64,000 bases of DNA from Amoebophrya sp. A120. Its lineage: Eukaryota > Protista > Dinoflagellata. This document shows, piece after piece, positions 58,614 to 64,000 of this stretch (positions are counted from its first letter, which is position 1; each line of letters opens with the position of its first letter). The translations under genes were made by a program, and so were the position numbers. The notes under the pieces were generated by a model. The model saw nothing but the letters and a program-made list of their open reading frames with translations. It had not been told where the DNA came from and ran no database searches. The stretch lies in NCBI GenBank assembly GCA_905178155.1, contig CAJINV010000022.1, positions 372,001-436,000 on the forward strand, read 5' to 3'.

Positions 58614-61600
58614 TTACATGTCCAACAATTCGTCTTCCCTGTTCGCAAACTCGCTTTGGTGTGGATTGAACAGAGACTGAATGTCCGAGATAAAAGTCCC
58701 CGGCTTTACAACAGGCACGATCAGTTTCCGTCGTCTTATCTTTTTCGGCGTCCGTGCGGTTTTCGAGGTAGTACCACTTGATCTGCTCTGATCGCTGGCC
58801 CCTATCAAGAAGAAAAATCCCTCCTCCCCATATTAAAGCGGAAGGCTATGATGCAGATTTGTGGCCACAAGTCAGCTTTGTCATGCTAGAAGGCAAAAAT
58901 ACGGACTGTAGTGCTGGGTGGCGTGGGACAGCCTTGCATCTTCAGCATGACAGGGGGCAGCTGGAAGCGGGAAACAGCATGACAAATTGCCTGCAAATGA
59001 GGCCACAACTGCGGCTCTTGGCCTTGTAGCAATACAAGTCGATTTGTGTACTCAAATACAGCATAACAAATTTCGTTTTCGATATGGAGAGGGGGAATTT
59101 TTCCTTGCAATAGTCCCGCCGGTCTCTTTATTACTCTTGCCGCCCGTTGTTCCTGATTTACTGTTTTCCGTCCCTTCGCCTTTTGCCCCGCGCAAGCTGC
59201 TGGTCGCCGCTGCGCGGGATTGTGCCTCCGCCACGACACGGTCGACAATCTTTTCCGGAATGTGCTTCAGCCCGTCACTGGTGTCAGGCTCCGTGGAAAT
59301 TTCTTCGACCGTCGACACCAGATTTCTGCATTCCTGTTCTCGCTCCTTCTCGTAAAACATAGACTCGGCCCACAGCTTCTCGCCGGGCGATGGCCGTGAC
59401 GGGTTTTGCGGCACGAAGAAGGGGGAATTTTCGTTGAACTCGTGATTCCTTCGCATGACGTAGTACCGGTTCTTCTGTAAAAGCTTTTCCTGATACATCG
59501 GCAGTGCTTGGTAGGCAATTACGTGCCAAAGCTGTCGATCATGCGCTTCCCCATTGTTATCATTGAAGGCATCACTGTAGGAAGCAGCTCCGCTGTGGTC
59601 ATAAGCCGAGGCATATCAAACGCAAAAATGACTGGGTCTGGAACAGTGGAACTTGTGATTCGTGTCTTGCATTCCTGGAAAATCTGTGTTGCATGAGCAG
59701 CAACAGAGAAACTTACTTTGTCATGCAAGAACGCAATTCGTGATGTGTGGTAGGCATCAGCAGGCGCCTCTAAAACTTGTCATGCCTGGCTGCCATTGCA
59801 AGCGCTTCAATCATGCTCAATCCAGCATCACAGATTTCCAGACCCAGACATTTTTGCATTTGATAAGGCAGCTCCTTCGTCCTCGTAGCCGTACCCACCA
59901 CCTGGACCTCGGGCAGCGCCGGCAGGGGAAGATGGTGAGCCGGCGTGGCTGTAGCTCTGATCGTACGGATGTTGCGCCCCCTCTGCAGCAGCTGCGAAAG
60001 GGTTCGCAGGACTCGTATGCAGTGCAAAAGTATCGTACTCACAGTAATTGCATTTGTGCATAATTGCCAAGGTAAATCAGCATTTACAAATTGAATTCGT
60101 AAGGCTGCGCTAATTTTTAATGCAATTTAAATTTATACGTAGTACGATGCTTTTGCATTGCATAATTCGGGACGAAGGGCGAGAAACCGTATGGACCTCC
60201 TGCTCCTTCGCTGTGGTACAACGGGTTATTAAAAGTGCCGTGTCCGCCGGGAGGTGGAGCACCAAAGGGCCCTCGCCCCGGCGCGTAAAGATCCCCCTGC
60301 CGGTCGTATGGCTTGCTCAAACGTTACAATCTCAAACGTTACAATAGAATCTGAGATTTGTCTTGCATGAACAGCATGAGTACCATACAGAGACTTGGGC
60401 TTTTTGCAATACAAATTTCGTCAGAATCTCATGGGGTTTGGGGCTCCGAAACTTGTCATGCGCGCTTCTTTGGGAGTAGGCCAGATGTTGGGGATTTTGC
60501 AACACAAATTCCAAATTCTATTGTAACGTTTGAGATTGTAACACCTGAGCGGGTTATAGGTCGGTTCCTCCGTTGGAGCTCCAGGTGGTCAGTCCCATTA
60601 CAGTGAAAAATGCCCCCACCCCCAAAGTTGCAATAATTTGTGATGCGAAGTTTCCAAATGAAAGGTTTTAACGCCAGACCGTCCGTTACCAAAAACAATT
60701 TCAAAACAATTTCAAACTGAATTCAAAATGCCAGCGTTTTTGACGTTTTGGAGCGCTTATGTTCCCGCTTGCGCGGATCGTTGAGGGCCGTGCTGTGGCA
60801 TCTGTGCCCACTTGATAGCGGGTTTTGGGTGCGCCAGCTTCGTGTGGCGCCTGTCTGAGGGATACAGGGGATCTTCGTTGGAGTTGCATTTTCGGAGCTC
60901 GCCCAGGTATGACACCAACCCGGCCAAAATGGCTCGGGCGGTAACACGGGGGCGGGCGGCTTCAGAGGGTCAAAGGAGCCCGCTCCGTCTGTTGATGGCA
61001 CGTTGCAGGCACGCTGCCTGATGCGCCGCCTTGCCTTCTAGGCGGGCCAGATGTTCCCATGGAGCGCACCGGTGACGAGACGCGAAGTCCCCGGCGGCTC
61101 CCGGGGCGCGAGCGGGGGGTTGGGGGGGAAATGTGTGCCCGCAACTGCATTTCCACGGCCTTGCTGTTCCGTTCGTTTTTTGTGAGCTGGTGGCAAGTGG
61201 CGTTGTGCGGTTGCACATGCTGCGATGCTTAAGATTGGCATGGGCTGCAGAGGGCGGGGCCCAGCCATCAACTGCGTGCCGAGGCAGAGGGCAGAACGCT
61301 TTGGGGTTCTCAGGGGATGGCGGCTGGGTCCAGCTTTCGCCACATGTCAAGGCGATGCGCCCTGACATGTAGCACGAGACGGACCCCGCATTCAATTTCA
61401 AAGCGAATCCGCGAATTCAAAACGAATCCGCGAATTCAAACTGAATCCGCGAATTCAAACTGAATCCGCGGACTCCTTTTCAATTTCAAACCAAATCCGT
61501 TGCTTCCTGGAGGGGCCCCACCAATTTCGAACTGAATCCGAATTGCATCCGAATTCCATCCGATTTCCATCCGAATTCGATTTCCCTAATAAGGAATTGG

Positions 61601-63879
61601 ATTCGGATGAAAAACGGATGGAATTCGGATTCCGTTTGAAATTGGTTGGATCAATTTGGGGTCCAGTCTGATGCCATCTTCTACATTACAACAGAGTCTC
61701 TGGGCTAGGTTGTACATTTTTTGGCGCGCGCTGCCGCGCGCGCCAATATCCATGTGTCTTTCAGTGCCCTTCTCTTTCATTCCGTGTCGGCTCGTTGGCG
61801 GCGTGGCGAATTGTGTTTCGTGGGGCTGTGTTGCAGCCTCTGAGCAGCAGAGTGGGTTGTCTCAGGTGACGCCGATCGTTTTCGCGCAGCCTTGCTGGTT
61901 TGGATTCGATTGAACCTACACCACCTGCGCGCGGCCTCTTGGGCGTTTGGGGCGAGCGAAGTAAAGGCGCGGGCCATGGACGGGCGCCGGTGGGGAGCCG
62001 GCGTCCCGCATGGAGCGCTTCTGCTCAGATTGCAAGGCCTTGGCCGTGAAGCACATGGGCCCTGCAAGTGCGCCGCCAACGGAGCTGGGGCTTCGTTCAT
62101 TCGAAAATCTTCGTCGAATGTGGATGACCAACCCGGAGCAGCTCCCTCTTCCGTGGTCGTGTTGCATCCTAAGTGCGCTTTCTACTTCTATCTTCTTTTC
62201 CCGCTTATGCCGCAAAGCCTTGCCGCGCTGTTCATCTTCCTTGCCCAGTCTGTACAGAATGTCGCGCGTCTGTCGAGCTTCTCTTCCTGCCGTGCCCGTG
62301 GTGGCATCTGTGGCCATGATGAGAGGGCTTTCGGTCGGAGGCCCTTGCGCAATTGCGTGCGGTTTCTGTGCTTCTGGGTGAGGCACTACAGGCCATGCCC
62401 GATGCGTCTCAGCAAGCTTTTCCAACTGTGTCTTTTTGAAAGCTGAGGCATTTTGAATTCAGTTTGAATTCAGTTCGAAATCGAATTACACGACGGCACG
62501 GCCAGAGTTAAAAAGGTTTTTGTCATGCATGAAAGGAGTCTGAATCTTTGTGATGCAGAGTCTTCTTGGCGTATATAGCATTGCTTGCATGATAAGCGCC
62601 GCTTTTGCTGGGATCTTTTGCAATACAAATTTTCGCTATTGACGATTGGAAATCTGTGATGCTGATAGATGCAAGAGGGCGAGTGTTTCACTTGGAAAGG
62701 TTTGCAATGCAAATGCTCCCGAGAAGTTCGGGGGTGGGGGCATTTTTCATTGTAATAAGTCCTCCTGCGTCTTTGAAGGTAGACATCTGGCGGCCCTGGA
62801 CGGCAATCAGGCGCACGATGTCGTGTTCGTCGAAGCCGATCTGGGAGTGGCGCTTGAACCATCTCTATGCATTGGTTGCAAATGTCATGTCTGAGTGGTC
62901 TGGATTTTTTGTGATGCTGGACCTAGTATCAAGGACAACAGCTTCATCTACATGTGATCTGTAGTGCATGTATACGATTATGGCCAGCTTCTTTCTCTTT
63001 GTCGTGCTGGATATGGAAGTTTGTTATTTGCTTGTTCTGCATGCGAATGAATCTGCAAGAAATAAAGTGAAGAAGGAAATAACTTCTCATGCTCTTCTGC
63101 CGTACAGGCAGCGCAGCCAGTATGTAACGCAAGTATAATCAGCAACACAAGTTTCCAGACATGATCCAGGGATGATAAGTATTTGCAGATCCATAACTTC
63201 ATGCGGGTTCCCGACTTCTTGTACCTTCTCCTTTTTTTATGGATTGCAAAAATGTCTGGGTCTGGAAGGATGTAACTTGTCATGCTGGTCTTGCATTCCT
63301 GTGAAAGCTGTATTGCGTGACCAACAAAAATGGTAGCCTCTCATGTCATACAAAAACGCAGTTTCTCATGCGGAATTCGGATGGGAAAGCGTTCTGCAAA
63401 CTTGTCATGCTTTTCTGCATAAGGAAGTGTTTTCCTCTTGCACATTTTAGCATTACAAGTTTCCAGACCCAGACATTTTTGCATTTGATATATTTTGGAT
63501 AATCGGATCCAAACCACACACCCCCTGCGAATTTTTGTTTCGCCCCGCGCCCTATCAAATGCAAAAGTGTCTGCATGTCTGGAAACTTGTGATGCTGGGT
63601 TGTGAATAATGAAAGCAACTGTAATGCACAGCCAAGCAACATGAGAAATATCTGCGCTTCTTTGTGTTGCGTTTTTCGCATGAGAAACTGCGTTTTTGCA
63701 TGACAGGCAAGAAAAGGGTCTCTTCTTGGACACGCATCACAAACTTGTTGCTCATGCCACACAAGCATGACAAGTCTCGCAATCTTCCAGACCCAGACAT
63801 TTTTGCATTTGATACGCCCACATCAGTTTCGGGTCGGCCCAGGCCACCGGGTCTCCGGACCGAAAGTCGATGTAGGTGA
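58614..63879 (-). CDS. 3' part of a hypothetical protein gene on the minus strand (5' end beyond window), interrupted by 8 complete introners
   Basis: Spliced frame TYIDFRSGDPVAWADPKLMWARGETKIRRGCVVWIRLSKKRRRYKKSGTRMKWFKRHSQIGFDEHDIVRLIAVQGRQMSTFKDAGGLTTWSSNGGTDRQGDLYAP...LWHVIAYQALPMYQEKLLQKNRYYVMRR...EDELLDM* stays open across all junctions. Confidence 0.75.
58803..59112. mobile_element. Introner family E
   Basis: GAAAAATCCCTCCTCCCCATAT...ATATGGAGAGGGGGAATTTTTCC; TSD GCCCC/GTCCC. Confidence 0.85.
59614..59865. mobile_element. Introner family B
   Basis: Family B TIR; TSD AGGCA. Confidence 0.9.
60016..60164. mobile_element. Introner family A
   Basis: Family A TIR; TSD ACTCG/ATTCG. Confidence 0.85.
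60307..60558. mobile_element. Introner family K
   Basis: GTTACAATCTCAAACGTTACAATAGAAT TIR; TSD GGTCG. Confidence 0.9.
60668..62511. mobile_element. Non-autonomous DNA-transposon-like insertion (1844 bp), TTAAC...GTTAA termini, 7-bp TSD AAAGGTT
   Basis: AAAGGTT at 60661-60667 and 62512-62518; subterminal inverted repeat TTCAAACTGAATTCAAAATGCC / GGCATTTTGAATTCAGTTTGAA. Confidence 0.75.
61390..61640. repeat. 19-bp tandem repeat (AATTCAAACTGAATCCGCG) and short CCGAATTCCAT-type direct/inverted repeats inside the nested element
   Basis: Directly visible; unit resembles the element's subterminal repeat. Confidence 0.75.
62866..63195. mobile_element. Degenerate introner
   Basis: TAT...ATA ends with weak TGCAAAT/ATTTGCA inverted repeat, flanks ATCTC/ACTTC; removing element plus 5 nt restores MKWFKRH. 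Confidence 0.7.
63238..63490. mobile_element. Introner family B
   Basis: Family B TIR; TSD TTTTT/TATTT. Confidence 0.85.
63553..63814. mobile_element. Introner family B
   Basis: Family B TIR; TSD CGCCC. Confidence 0.9.
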
Positions 63880-64000
63880 TATAACGCGCTCAGCTGTTAC
63901 AATCTCAAGCGTTACAATAGAATATGGAAATCTGTGATGTAAGAAGTGCATGATGTAGCTTACTCCCACAGGCCTGCGCATGACAAGTTCTAGAGTCCCA
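63880..64000. mobile_element. Introner family K, left part only
   Basis: TATAACGCGCTCAGCTGTTACAATCTCAAGCGTTACAATAGAAT matches the TIR of 60307-60558. Confidence 0.8.

Larger units (their letters stand above)
60596..62757. mobile_element. Introner family I expanded to 2162 bp by a nested TIR element
   Basis: CATTACAGTGAAAAATGCCCCCACCCCC...GGGGGTGGGGGCATTTTTCATTGTAATA; TSD AGTCC; removal restores the minus-strand frame. Confidence 0.9.

Noticed and set aside
1-64000. Recurring palindromic repeats separated by unique sequence, superficially CRISPR- or REP-like
   Set aside because: Repeats come as inverted pairs with TSDs, the spacers are exons of eukaryotic genes, spacing is irregular, and no cas genes are present.

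Overview
Eukaryotic (protist) genomic DNA, most likely a syndinian dinoflagellate such as Amoebophrya. The organism is inferred from the published description of non-canonical inverted-repeat 'introner' introns in that genus, not from a search. The ORF track is fragmented because the genes are interrupted by 53 transposon-like introns (51 complete, 2 cut by the window edges). Each runs TAT(occasionally TAC/CAT)...ATA, has terminal inverted repeats (about 12 families, here labelled A-L) and is flanked by a 5-bp target-site duplication (TSD; 38 of 51 perfect). At every junction, deleting the element plus one 5-bp copy restores the reading frame; GT-AG ends are not a feature of these elements. 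Doing this by hand rebuilds ten + strand genes in 1-50.6 kb: a MIB/HERC2-like protein, a macro-domain protein, an actin-related protein, an AGMO-like fatty-acid hydroxylase, a ~4,600-aa giant protein and several hypothetical proteins. One - strand gene lies at 58.6-64 kb. Between them is a gene-poor convergent region with a 63-bp palindrome. Highlights: a tandem duplicate of a gene 3' end showing filled and empty insertion sites side by side; two introners expanded to 3.6 kb and 2.2 kb by nested insertions; a motif (TTTGT[ACG]ATGC) shared by all families; and restriction of the elements to coding sequence. All coordinates and splice models were read by eye and lack transcript support.
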